A DNA stretch of 64,000 nt. It comes from Felis catus (taxonomy: Eukaryota). A program made the position numbers and the translations under genes. A model generated the notes under the pieces. It searched no databases and had not been told where the DNA came from. It saw only the letters and a list, made by a program, of their open reading frames with translations. Positions 12,615 through 25,284 of the stretch are shown in pieces. Within the stretch, counting starts at the first letter, position 1. Each line of letters begins with the position of its first letter. Where the stretch lies: NCBI RefSeq assembly GCF_018350175.1, contig NC_058368.1:236222001-236286000 (forward strand), written 5' to 3'.

Positions 12615-12770
12615 TGAGTTTCACCTTGTCTGTGGTGGATTTCATCTGCCATCATGTTGCCCAATTATTGAGTTCTGTTCAACCCATCCATGATGCTTGA
12701 ACCGTCCTCCCTGGTCTCGACTAACCTAAGAACTTTGTGTCACCAGCAAACTTTACCCTCTGGATACTCA
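12615..12770 (-). mobile_element. Ancient CR1/L3 LINE reverse-transcriptase fragment
   Basis: Minus strand, allowing two frameshifts, reads KFAGDTK..RLVETRED..LNNWAT*WQMKSTTDK, matching the CR1 RT motif KFADDTKL..W...WQMKFN.DKC. Confidence 0.75.
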
Positions 12771-13959
12771 GTCACATTTAACATCCTTAATAATCGGCAT
12801 TGAACTCTATTTCCCATGCTGACAGTACCTTGATACTGGTGGGCAGCACAAAGAGTGAGCCCAGGGCAATTTCCAGATCAAAACTTCCCTCGCTTCTATC
12901 GGCCAACCTCACCTGAGCCACTTTTGCAGAAAAACTCTTTTTTGACCACTTCATCTTTTCTGCTGCTACTTCTGGATCAAACATGTGGTCGTAGTCTAAC
13001 CTGTTCTCTGTTCTTCGTTCCTCTCATTCTCCTGGGGGAAAACAAGTCTGTAAATCCCGATGAAATTCTACAATCTGATCAATCATCTGCTCAGAAGCAC
13101 CGTTGCGATATGTGTTAGCTCTAAAGAAAACCCAAGATACTTTCCACAATTATTTCCATTTTGCTTCGCTTTGGTGTCCCCTCTATAATCTCATGTAAAA
13201 CCCAAACTCCCAGGGGTTCTGTGATTCGGAGGGAAGAAGGCGAAGGCTGGTCCGGGGGTGTGAGGCTGGCGGGAGGAGCGGTGCTGCGGGGACTTCCACC
13301 TTGATGAATTTGCAGAAGCAGAGCCTTGCCCCGTCCATTCATTCCCCATCTGCACGTTCTCCAAGTCCTTCTGCCACCGATGCAACCTGAGTGTGTTACA
13401 CTAGGACAGGAGAGGACAAATTCAAAACCAAAACATCTAACAGTAAGACCACAAGCCATGACCCTGTTCATGACTCCTTCACCAACTCCCATGTTTTCTC
13501 CTGCCGCTTAATCTGAGCCCCGGCTCGTCTGTCAGCACTGCGCCAGCATTTGTCTCTGGAGCCGTCACTACTCGGATCCCACTGCCCACTCCGCCTCTGT
13601 CAACCAGACTTCCGATCTCGCCAGCCACGTGCCTCTGTTCCCCCTACTCCTCTCACAGGAAGGGTGTGGACACAGGACACCTCCCCATGTGGTGCTGCTA
13701 ACGGCTCAATGACATGCTGGTGTTCGTGGAGCTTGTGCCACTGATGACACATGAAACCATCTTCAAGGAGAAGAAAAGAGTTGCGTGAATGTGTTTGTTG
13801 GCTGCAGTGTCATACACAAATGCAAACCATGACAAACGCCGTAGAGCAATTCTACACGTTCTTCAGACAATTGGCCACAGGCCTCAAAGGCTTATCACTT
13901 TGTCCCACTGATCCCACAAGTCACCCTGACAAGTGAGGACAACCAATTCCAGTTATTCA

Positions 13960-14170
13960 CCACATCTCTCATCCCACAACCCTCCTCTTGTAGAATCCAG
14001 TTGGCTCTGCCTTCTGGGTATTTTCATTGTGTCTTAACAATCTGATGACCGCAACTCCAGCCCACATCGCCGCCATTTACCACCTGCACTTTTGTAGTAT
14101 TAGCTTCCTGGTCTCCTGATGGATGGATCTTACAGCTTCCTGCCTTGACCGTCTCCCACCAATTTTTACA
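13960..14170 (+). mobile_element. L2 fragment
   Basis: AATCCAGTTGGCTCTGCCTTC...CCATTTACCACCTGCACT...TAGCTTCCTGGTCTCC resembles L2 body sequence. Confidence 0.45.
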
Positions 14171-15749
14171 GGAGCTGGGGGCATGTGTGCTCACACACGT
14201 GTGCACACACACAGACACACAGACACCACAGTTTCGGTCACATTGATTCTTGGCTCCATATTCTCCAGTGGTTTCATGTCTCCTTGGAGAAAAAGATGGC
14301 GGTCCTCTCGGAGCCTTGAGGGTCTGGAGCCATCCTGTCCACTACGGTTCTCTGACACCAGATCCTCCTTCTCTGTGCCCCTGGCTCCTGGTCCAGCCCC
14401 ATTTCTCAGCTCCTCTTCCTGAACCTACGTTCTGCTCTCAGACTTCTCTCCGGCTGGGACGCTTTCTCCTTAATAAACCCATGTGGCCACAGTGTCATGG
14501 GAACTATTATTATTTAAACTACGTCTTATTTACGAACTACTTACTTCCTATTGTCCTAATGAAAAAAGTATTCAGCAAAGAAAGATCACTCACTGTGCAA
14601 CCCCACTGGCCCTGAATGTGGGGGATGACTGGTGAGAGAACAGCAAACACCAAGTGGAAGGTGACAGAAGCTCGACCCGGAAACTTCGATCTGAGGAATT
14701 TATGCCAAGGACATACGGTATCATATGTCAAGAACAATGTGTCATCTTTACACACGTGACTGTTTTTTACTAAAACAAATAATGGAACTCTAAAACATGC
14801 GTTATGAAATGATTTTAAGGCTGGGTACTTAGTGTTTAATCATCTAGACCCACAAGGACTGCTACAGAAAACAAGCTTAATCGTTATTTGGAGAAAAACT
14901 ATTTAAATGCCTGTGGATAAAGGGAAGGATAAAGTCCAACACATTCATTAGAAGAAACATCACAGTCATTTATAATATGTGTACAAAATTGCATAGCACC
15001 AGGAAAAATGCTTATGTTAAATAAAAAAAGTGCAGAATACAGGAATGTAGATACTCTCTGATTACAGCTTTGCAAAGCATCCGTGTGAGCGTGGGCACGT
15101 AATGGAAGAGAACGTACAAGATCAATATATTATTGAGTGATGAAATAATAGCGTCTTTCCTTTGAACTAATTTCCATGCTCTTTTACTGTTTGCAATGAA
15201 GGATTATGGAAAAGGGAAGGAGGATCCCTTTCCAAACACATCTACTCTGCCACGATGAGGGTCCCGCTGCCATTATCTGAAGCAAGTCCTGAGAGGGCGT
15301 GGGAAGAAGTCTGGACCGTGTGGCCTCCATCAAGGCTTCCATGTTCTCCCTACAGCTGATCCCCGCCCAGCCATTGACCATGACACCTATGCTGTCAGAA
15401 GGAGCTTGGAAGGAAAGGGGGACAGAGCGCAAACAGATGAATGAAATCCAGGTGGAGGACAAGGCGAGACCTGGAAAGAAAATGAGCCACACTGAGGAAG
15501 AAATGTCAGACAGGTAGAGGGTGAAGAGACCCGTGAGAACCAAGGCATGGGCCTCACCCGCCTTGTCATTGCCACTGACTTTGTCCTTACGCTGAGCCAG
15601 GTGCATTTCCAGCATGCACATGATGCTACCAGCTTCCAGGTGGAGGCATTCCGGAGATGGCTGGGCCCACACCAGCTTTCCCAAGTTGCTGATTCAGAGA
15701 GTGAGTTGACCGGGATTTCATTTTGTCCACTTAGCCGAATGTTCAGAAT

Positions 15750-15966
15750 GTTTTCGTCCATTTGGGCTGTTGTAACTGAGTTCCATAGCCTGGGAGCCTT
15801 ATAAACGACAGACTCGTGTATCTCCCAGCTCTGGAGGCTGGAAGTCCAAGCTCAAGGTGGTCCCAGCCATTCCTTCCAAGGGCACCACCTCCTAACACCA
15901 CCATCCTGGGGGTTGGGTTTCATCACACACATTTTGGAAGGACACAGACATTCAGCCTGGAGCACA
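15750..15966 (-). mobile_element. MaLR LTR (MLT1A-like), internally deleted
   Basis: GGGCTGTTGTAAC...CTCTGGAGGCTGGAAGTCCAAG...CCACCTCCTAACACCACCATCCTGGGGGTTGGG...GACACAGACATTCAG. Confidence 0.85.
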
Positions 15967-16511
15967 GAACATTTATACCCCCTCACGCACAAAAATCCAA
16001 TTACGATTTGTACTTGTACTTTAAGCAGACATTTATCATGCCTTTGCTATGAGAAACCACATTTCTTTTTACTTTAAAAACACTTTGAATTCAAATGTAC
16101 ATGAAACGTATTTCAAAGGTGACAAAAATAGCTGAAATTAAATCCTTTTTAAATTACTTGCAGAAATCTCAAAGATGCCTTTCCACTTGATCCTGATCGA
16201 ACATGAACATGTTTTTCAGAGGGCTCTTATTATCAAAGGGGCAAATATAAAGGTGTCCATTAATAGAACTTTGTGGATTTGTCAATAGAATGTTATACAT
16301 CAACTATGTCGATTGCCTTTTTTTTATTGTTATTATTTAAGCGGAAATGGAGGCACAGAGAGGATGAATGGTGTGCCCACAACCCCACTGTCAGGGAGTG
16401 GCAGAGATGCCTCTCCTAGAACCATAATTGCTCCAGCAAGCGCTGGCTCCACATGTCGAGGCCTGTCCTGCAACGCACGGGGTGATTCCAGTCGGAGAAG
16501 GAAAGTAAAGC

Positions 16512-16692
16512 GTTTATCTCTCTGTGCTGTCTCCTCTTCTCCTAAGGACACTGCTCACTGGATTGAGGACTGACCCTAACACAGCATGACCTTGTTTTAA
16601 TTCGGTTACACTTGTGAAGAGCACATTTCCAAAAAAGGTCACAGTCTGTGGTTCCAGGTGAACATTTGGGAAGGCACTACTCAACCTGGTAC
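16512..16692 (-). mobile_element. MaLR LTR fragment (MLT1B/C-like)
   Basis: TCTTCTCCTAAGGACAC...CATGACCTTG...ATTTCCAAAAAAGGTCACA...ACTACTCAACC. Confidence 0.75.
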
Positions 16693-19600
16693 CTAGAAAT
16701 GGCCACACAGAAGGAGAAAGCAGGCGGAAAGATGGGCTCCTGAGCTGGACACAGCTAGAACACCACGCCGGGGGGGGGGCTGCTGGTTCAAACTGCATTC
16801 ACAAAATGCCACTTTGGAAAGTGCATCTAGAAGCATCAACAGTATTTTGAATAGTTGTAACTACAAAGTTGTAACTACAAGATGTCCCTTTGTAAAGACG
16901 AATAAACAAATAAAGTGGGCGGGGACTGTGGAGAAACAGGGAGACCCCCTCATAGGATGGTTTCACCTGGGGCGGGTCAGCCGTGCACGACGCTGATGCT
17001 GGACACAGAGGCTCGAATCCAGAGCAGCCGGTCACTCGGTGTCCTTTGCCCAGGGGACACGGCATGCGGTAGGGCGGGGAGCCTGCCGCCGTGTCCTTGG
17101 AAATGCCCTTGATCAAAGGACGCTGAATTGTTTAAGCCTGGACACAGAAAGAATCGAGGCACTTCGGAAAGTGTTAGGATGAAGGAAGGAATCAGCATGC
17201 AAGTGAGTGGACAGATTCTGCATGGGACGTCTAACACTTTAACAAAACTGGACTGTGCTGCATCCTATTTAACTAATATCTAAGCGCCGGGTTTCACATT
17301 AGGTTCTTTCACTTTATTACCATATTTGAACTTTCCAAACGATGCTGATAATATGCCAGGCATACGTGTTGATTACTGGGGACACCGAGACTCAGTGGGG
17401 CCACGCGACCTGGCCGGGCTCACAAATGTCAACTTTGCACACATGCCTGCTGTCCACGGCACCGTCGGCCGGTGTGGGTTCCAGGAGAGGCGGACAATTC
17501 TTTTAAAGAAGACACAGGCGACTTTGTCCGCAAGAGCCAGGGTGGCCGACCACGAGTCCAGCGATTTGTTTCAAAGCGCCATTTATCCCTGGTCTTCCGC
17601 AATTTCTCATTCCTACCTACTTGCTTCTTGGGTTTCCACGGGAAGGGGCTGAGTTCCAAACAGAAGGCCTCTTTATCTTGACATGTAGCCTGGGCCAGTA
17701 AGAGAGAGGCAATATCTCTTATTCATGCAGTAGCAGCCCAAATCCAGACTTTGTTACCGCCTGCCTCTCTCACTCAAGTGCCGTTGATCGAGAATGACAG
17801 TCGGGAGATTTGTTCAGGTATCAGAGTTCTTTTCTGCTCTGTGTGAAAATAGGGCAACACTTCTTGTGCAATACAAGCTATCCCACCTCAGTGACGACAT
17901 GTGGCGGGGTGGGGGACAGCTCGTGACACATCATATTTATACAAAATTACGTCTTGTTATTTCCAATTTCCTCAGGAAAGCTCTCATTAGCAACACCTAA
18001 TGACCAGCTTGAGGCAAAAAGCCGAGGTTTTCTCACCTCAAAAAGTCATAATCTGTAGCAGTGACTGGTGGAGCACAAAATAGAGCCCTTGGCCCAGATG
18101 GCACCTAGGACAGTCATCACCCTTCCTGCGCTGATAGGCGATCTGAATGAGGGTTTGGCTGGACACGCTGGGCAGTGGCTCTCTTGGCTAGACCATCTCT
18201 GTCCCCCTAGAAACCACCTGACGGCACACTGGCACTGGTATTCTATTCTCTTCATTTAGAGTAAGAAAAACTTCCCTTAATTTGGTCTGACTCTAGAAGC
18301 ATCTTGCCACTGAATGGTTATACAATATCAAATTCCTGTATGCAACCTCATTTACCTCAGGAGGCCGGCTTTTTGAAAGAGGCTGGAAATATCAAAGATG
18401 CAGTTTCAGATAGGGAAAAAAAAAATGTCTTTCCTTGAAGGGTTGGCAAGTGATCTCCGTGGCTTACCTTCTAGAATAGAAGTCAGTAAAAGAGCTTCAT
18501 ATTTGAAAGAAAAATTCATACCTAAAAAAGAAGAGAAATAAATCAAGAACACATGTTGCGAGGGAAGCTAGCTAAAGTAAAGGATCATTTCCTAATCTCT
18601 TGAGTTTTCCATTAGTGAGCGTGGGCACAAGACGCTAGAGAAAGTATTTGTAAAGAAAAGTCATGGCACGTTTTGCAATCCGCGTTCCTCGTGTTGCGTT
18701 TTGCCTCCTCACCCAGAAGGAAGCTTGGGGACCGGGCAGGTGCTGTGGGTCGTGGGCACAGACCATTCCGGCGGCTGCTGGATCTGAAAGAACCACCTGA
18801 GCGAGTCACGGAACACAGGACCAGGAGGAGAAGGTGCTGTCACAGGGAGGGACCCGCCCGCCTCCTGTGGCCGACGGCCCCGGCTGTGACGTGGGGGCTT
18901 GGAAATGAATGCCCGGCTCAGGCTGAGAAGCCCTCGCAGGTCGATGAGTGACATCTCTATTCAGGAAAGGTCTAGTTCCAATAAACGTGGTAGGGGCAGC
19001 GCCTGACTTATTATCAGGAGCTGTTTGCAGACCCAGGAGCTCGGCTTCAACCTGCAGACCGGCGAGCTCACTTCTGAGCACACTGGGAGTGGACAGATCA
19101 CGTGGCTTCCGTTTCGGCGCGACGGTCCCATGACTGGCCGTCCACCCTCAGGGCTCGCGAAGGATTTCTCCACTTAGCAGCCAATTTCGGGAGGCTGTCA
19201 GATCCCCAGCTTCCAAAGGGAGGTGCCCTCCTATTACAACTGAGGTTCGTGGAGACCCGGGGGGTAGGGGGTCGGAGTGGCCGGGGAACACCTGGAAGGG
19301 TGGGCACATCGGTCTCATGACTTGCCAGGTGTGTGGCTTGGGACACGTTCCTTGACCTCCTCTCGCTGACTTTCCCAACTGCAGAGCCGGGAAAATGATA
19401 CCCCCCTCGCCCCCACAGAGTGTTTCAAGGCTGGTAAAGGAGCTCGTGCAAGGGAGAGCCCAGCAGAGGACCCAGCCGAGTGGTGCTCCCCAGGGAATGG
19501 AGTCCTCGTTGAACTTCCCTTGGGACTGCGGTCATCCTGTCGTTCTCCACCATGACACTTCCCATCCACTGGGATAATGTGTCCGTGCAGCTGCCTTGTT

Positions 19601-21311
19601 CCTCCAGACCGCCTTCGACTCGAGGGAGGAATCCCGGTCCTAACCGCAGTCAGGTGCGTGTCGGCAGGGGGTCCCCTGCCATTCCCCCTCAGGCTCACGA
19701 CAGCGGGGGCCCTGCCACCCTGCCAGCCCCGGTCTCTCCCCCTTCCACCCTCTGCTTCAGTGTCAGCCTAAGCTTTCTACCCAGGATGACATCCCCAGAA
19801 ATAGAGCTCATCTTCACACATCATTTCAAGCATGGCCTCCGACGGGAGAGCTGCTTGGACCCCATGTCCCCTCCTTCCACCCTCTCCTTGCGGCCAGATA
19901 GCCTCCCAGGCAGCTGGTCTGTCCTTACTCACCCCCGTGGGTCCTTTTCCAAACCCACTTTACTCTGGGGGGCGATAATCGGTTCGCTGTTCCGTCACCT
20001 TCGCTAGGCTGAACGCCATCACACGGTTCTAAGCCCAGAAGATTCGTATTGTCATGCAGGACTCCTCTGTCAAGGATCTGGCCTTTCGTGGGCCACATTC
20101 TTAAGAGCAAGGAGGGTCCCTGAGGTTACAACCAGGAATTACATCTCTGGAACATCCCTTTGCATGCTCCTGCATTCCGGCAGTCCGGTGATGGCATTTG
20201 TAGCACTTGAGAGGTGGCCCCCAGATCTGACCACTCGTTGTGGAGACGGTTTGCGAATACAGTTTGCACCATGTGCACAGGCAGACTCTGATAATGCCTG
20301 AGAGCAGGTGGGATCTGTGGCTTTAAGTGAGTATTTATCTTTGGGTTTTCTAGATCGCAGCGTCCCCTGGAATTCAGAAGTCCCTGGAAACCTGCATGGT
20401 TGGGGGGTGGGGGCCATGTTGACCCAGATGATGTGCGGGAAGCTTACTGGGAAAGGCGCCGAGAATGGGGAAGGGTGGGTGCGGGGCTGGGCAGAGGAAG
20501 GGACCCAATGACAGTGGCAGCCATGAGAGAGACGGCAGGTGGTCCCAAGGGCTCTGCCACAATGGACTCAGAGTTGTCCCCAGTTGAGGGGGGGGGCAGC
20601 TGGACGTGTGCATCCCGGGGTGGTCACTGAGTGGGCACAGGGGTATAATTTCCTCCTCCTTCATCCAGGAGACATTTCTGGAAGGAAACTGGGCTCTTTG
20701 AGGTCAGTTGCATACAGCCCTGGGCTGCAGGAATGGTCTGCGGGTCCCCATGGAGATCTGGGTGACCCTGCTTCGCACAGCCACACCCAGGAAACTCTTA
20801 GGACAACGTGGACAATACACACAGCAATGATTTTCCTGGGAGGACAATTCTCAGCTGTCCTCAGATTCTCAACGAGATCCACAAGGACAGAAACAAAAAC
20901 AAAAGCGGTCCCCTGGGTTCTGAGTGGCAACACAGGAAAGAGTTTCTGTAAGAACACAGCGCACCTCATACGCCTCCCTCCTCACCACATTTGCAAGCCT
21001 GGGGACGGATTGCCAACCTTTTGCAGCTGCGACGTGATAACCACTCATTTTTACTTTTAGTATCAATCCAACTGCTTGATAACTGTGAACACCTACCCGC
21101 CAATGCTGTTCACAAGAAAACTCACTGAAAAGGGAACAAGGTACGAGAAATACCCTTCCCTCTGTGTGAATTCATGGTGTCATTGCAATGGCCATTCAGT
21201 GTGCATTATGGTCGAGCGTGGGAGGATTCTTAATTTTTAAGTTAATTTGAAAAATGTAAAATAGGAGAAGAATTGCCTATCATAGCACGTTCATTACAAT
21301 GCTCCATTCTT

Positions 21312-21611
21312 ACTTAACAGAAACCCATGGGGGAGGGGAAGGAGGAAAAAAAAAAAAAAAGAGGTTAGAGTGGGAGAGAGCCAAAGCATAAGAGACTCTT
21401 AAAAACTGAGAACAAACTGAGGGTTGATGGGGGGTAGGAGGGAGGGGAGGGTGGGTGATGGGTATTGAGGAGGGCACCTTTTGGGATGAGCACTGGGTGT
21501 CGTATGGAAACCAATTTGACAATAAATTACATATATTGAAAAAAATAAATAAAACTAAACATACTCTTACTATAAAATAAAATTAAAATAAAATAAAATA
21601 AAATAAAATAA
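21312..21611 (+). mobile_element. Young 5'-truncated feline-type L1 3' end
   Basis: Little-diverged 3'UTR (CATAAGAGACTCTTAAAAACTGAGAACAAACTGAGGGTTGATGGGG...CCAATTTGACAATAAAT), A-rich tails, perfect 14-bp TSD AATGCTCCATTCTT at 21298-21311 and 21612-21625. Confidence 0.95.
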
Positions 21612-23177
21612 AATGCTCCATTCTTTTATGCACGATTTCCATGTTACACATTCCAAATTCTTCCTTTACGTTTTAAAAACATGAGAGCATCTATCTATGG
21701 GAAAAACGAGAACATTCCTCGGAGGTGAGGTCTTAAGTTCGGAAGGATGCTCATGTTATTCTCCAAATAAAAGTCCTTTAGACCACATCCCTAGGCAGTC
21801 AGACACCATGTTGTAAGGACAACAAGTCTTAGTTAAGAAGGCGGCTTTTTCAAGAGGGCCTAGGTGAGGACTGGCGGGGGGTGGGGGAGTCCCATGCCAG
21901 CCCCGTCCCCTTCCGCAGGCACAGCCACAGGAGGGAAGGCCCGGCTGTTCCGGGAGGTCTCGCTTCTGCATATGTCGAACCCCCAGAAGCCATTGATTAG
22001 TTTAACCAGGCTCAATATGTCTTTGAAAGAGATATTTTAAAAAGCAAAAGAGCTTAAACAAACATGAAAGTAATCTAATTCAGATATAAACATGCAAGTT
22101 AATAAGATTACCACGAATTGATCTAAATATTACTTAAAATAATTAGAAATGATTTTTGATGGCCTGCCATTTCAGTCGGGACACTTTTATGTTACATTAG
22201 GAGGCCAACGGATTATTGCTTTCTGGAATATTCTCTCGTTGTTTATGACCTTCAAAAGCAGGATCGGTGTTGGCAGACGCATCAATCAAGGCCTCTCCGG
22301 GTGATGAATGAGTGCTCTGCATCTGCCGAGTGAGCCACGGGCCTGCTAGTTTTCTCCTCACTGTCTTCATGAGCAAATGGTGCCTTTGTCCTGCTCAGAT
22401 CACCTGCTTTCTTGGGATGTAAATTCACAGATCGATAATTTCAGAGGAGAAGTATCTTTTTGTTTTCTTTCCCAATCCTCTGGCAAAATTATACGGAAAA
22501 AGAATCATGGTTTTAATTGGGGAAGCTAGCAGGCTGTACCTCGACGTGAGGATTCAGAGACCTGTAGCATCCCTGTGTCCTGAATCTACCATATCCCCAG
22601 GCCAGTGCCGAGGCCGGGGAGGGGGGGCCTTGCGAAGTACACGTTTTTGTTTTGTTTTTGAGAGAACTCAAACTCTGTCAGCCCTTGAAGTTAGAAGCCG
22701 TTGTCTTTGCTACAGGGCTAGCGTGGAGCCATCTTGTAAACCTGCGACATCTTGTAAATCTCCAGTGTTGACTGTGGAAGTTTCTGGATTCAGCTTTTCC
22801 TCAGGGAGAGGCCTCTCCGAGCCCCCAGAGCACTGCTGTGGCTCAGAGTGACACTCACAGCACAGCCGACCCAAAATTCGACATTTGACGTCCAATGCAT
22901 CGTCCCGCCCGTGTGTGTGAGCGGACGATCGGATTGCTAATTATTTTATTTTTCTGCATCTAACTGGAAAGCGCTTTTTTTTTTTAGGACCTAATGTGAT
23001 TCATCTTCATGGTACTAAACATTGAATCCAGAAAAATGGCATTATAATGAGCAGGTCTGGTTTTTTGCATTTTTGTTTTGTTTTGTTTTGTTTTTTGTTT
23101 GCTGGTTTTTAACTTTTCAGAGAAGGAACAAATCAGGCAGGGCAGGTTATAGAAAAGTTAACATTAAAAGTTAACAC

Positions 23178-23389
23178 GGGGGCGCCTGGGTGGCCCAGTC
23201 GGTTAAGCAACTGACTTCGGCTCAGGTCATGATCTCACGGTTTGTGGGTTCGAGCCCCGTGTCGGGCTCTGTGCTGACGGCTCGGAGCCTGGAACCTGCT
23301 TCGGATTCTGTGTCTCTCTCTCTCTCCGTTCCTCCCCTGCTCATTCTCTGTCTCTCAAAAATAAGTAAACGTTAAAAAAAAATAAAAAT
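23178..23389 (+). mobile_element. Can-SINE (SINEC_Fc-like)
   Basis: GGGGGCGCCTGGGTGGCCCAGTCGGTTAAG head, CT tract, A tail; TSD taaaagttaa. Confidence 0.95.
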
Positions 23390-24364
23390 AAAAGTTAATA
23401 GGACAAACAGCAAATATCGGAGACAGTATTAGCACTAATAACACAGTGTGTCCTAAGTATCTGATGAAAGTGGGTGTTTTATATTTTTCATACTATGTAC
23501 AAACCACATGTAACAGCTACACATGCTTGTTGCTTCCTTTACTTTGAGGTGGCTTGAGTAGCTCAGGGGCACCGAGCTCTTCCCATGCCTCATGTAGACA
23601 CGTGCAGTTTGGCCTCATACAGAATAAGACGGATCTCAGTTTGGAAGGGTTACGTTGTATTAAAAGCTAGCATCAGAGTCATATTTATACCTCTCCAGGC
23701 TACTTTCAAATAACACTATGTTATTGAACTATAACCTGAATAACGAACCTAATTGTAGTTGGCAACAACATGTGTTCCAGGTACGAAATTTCAATAAATA
23801 ATATTCAGATATGAAGAAAATGTAAATTATAATAACCTAAAATGCTTCCCTGAAGATAACTAGTCAGTCTTTCCCTTATCTCTTTCGAGGATTAGATATT
23901 GCAAAAGTGACCTTTAAATCTTTACTGATAGGTACAGTTGGATGTTGTTAACTCCTTTATGCCTTCCTGCGGACAACAAGCTCAAAAAATAGACTTGGAT
24001 GTCCCTCACGAGCTGGGGAAGCCAGAAGAACCTTCCACCGACACTGACATTTCACTGGTGCTGAGTCGGGCAGTGGGGTCCCCACCAGGGCAGAGCGGGG
24101 CAGGAGTTGACCAGACCCCTTGTCACTGAGAGACAACATGAGTTCCCAAGTGACAAGGACATCCAAGGTCATACCGTGAGCACATCTGTAAGCACTTCCG
24201 TAAAATACATAAAGCGTTATATTCCCTCGCTCTCCTGCATTTCCCTAATTCTTCTCTCACATGTTTCCTATAAAGGACTCGACGCAGGATAAATTGGTAA
24301 GAGGTACCAAAAGCTCCCTGAGTAGGAAAAGAAAAGTCTATTGTCAGCAGTCAATTTTTACCTG

Positions 24365-24665
24365 GCTTTATTTTTTCTTAACCAGCTTTGTCAAAGTACA
24401 ATACAGATATACGAAAAGCTACCCATGTTAGGGAAAAATACAGAGGGTGTGGACAAGTATATGTATGCATGTGTGTATATATATATTCAGGCGTCACAAC
24501 ACATCACGAGGTAGAACATTTCATTCCTCCAAAACAATAATTTCTCGGGCCACTTTGCAGTTGATTTCATACCAACCCCTGCTAACCACTAATGTGTTCC
24601 CTTCACTGCAGGTTTAACACGGTCAGACCTTCCCGGAAATGAATCATACGGCGTGTTTTCTCCTA
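24365..24665 (-). mobile_element. Old L1 (L1MB/L1ME-like) 3' fragment
   Basis: CAGCTTTGTCAAAGTACAAT...TAGAACATTTC...AACCACTAAT...AAATGAATCATAC, the antisense pattern of old L1 3' ends. Confidence 0.6.
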
Positions 24666-25284
24666 GCGCACTGAGTCCCGGATCGCACGTTGTGGGACCA
24701 GCCTGACACTTCACACGTTGCTTAGCGCTCCTTCCAAGACTCATTCCAAAAAGTGAAGATTTCCTTGAAGTCAGCCAGTAGTGCGCAACCCGATTTTCTC
24801 AGGCACGTCAGCAGTCTGGGTTTTATTCTGCAGTATGAACTCGGATTTCCTCATCACTCAGCTAAACATCATCAGACCTCAGGGCATGAAATATTCAATC
24901 TCCCGCAGCAACTCTCGCCGACCAGTTTCTGGACTCTGGCTGGCACATCTTTACCGCTTGATCATTTGTGTTTTCATTAAACCCAACAACGGCAGAAGCC
25001 CATCACGGCCAAGGCGGGCAGAAAGGACGTGTTTTTTTGAATCCTCCAATGTCCTGGACGGTCTGATGACACTGGACCAAGAGAGTTCAGGAGCCATCTG
25101 AGGAAGCCAGGAGGAATGAAGAGTCCCCATCTGCAACTAATTCATGCACCGAAAGGACGGCCCTGGGATGCCAGGGGCTCGCTCGGAGCTCAGGGTAATG
25201 AGGGAGACACGGGCAGCATATGAACACCTTTTACGATGTGAAAAAGAGTCAATTTACAAAGAGCCTTTCCTCAGATGCCTCATA

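Noticed and set aside
16853..16880. Perfect 14-bp tandem duplication AGTTGTAACTACAA x2 (similar small duplications near 3906, 11361 and 22730)
   Set aside because: Ordinary slippage-type micro-duplications with no further structure
18700..19750. Moderately CpG-rich stretch as a second CpG island
   Set aside because: CpG density is visibly lower than at 58.4-59.3 kb and fits the general GC drift of the region
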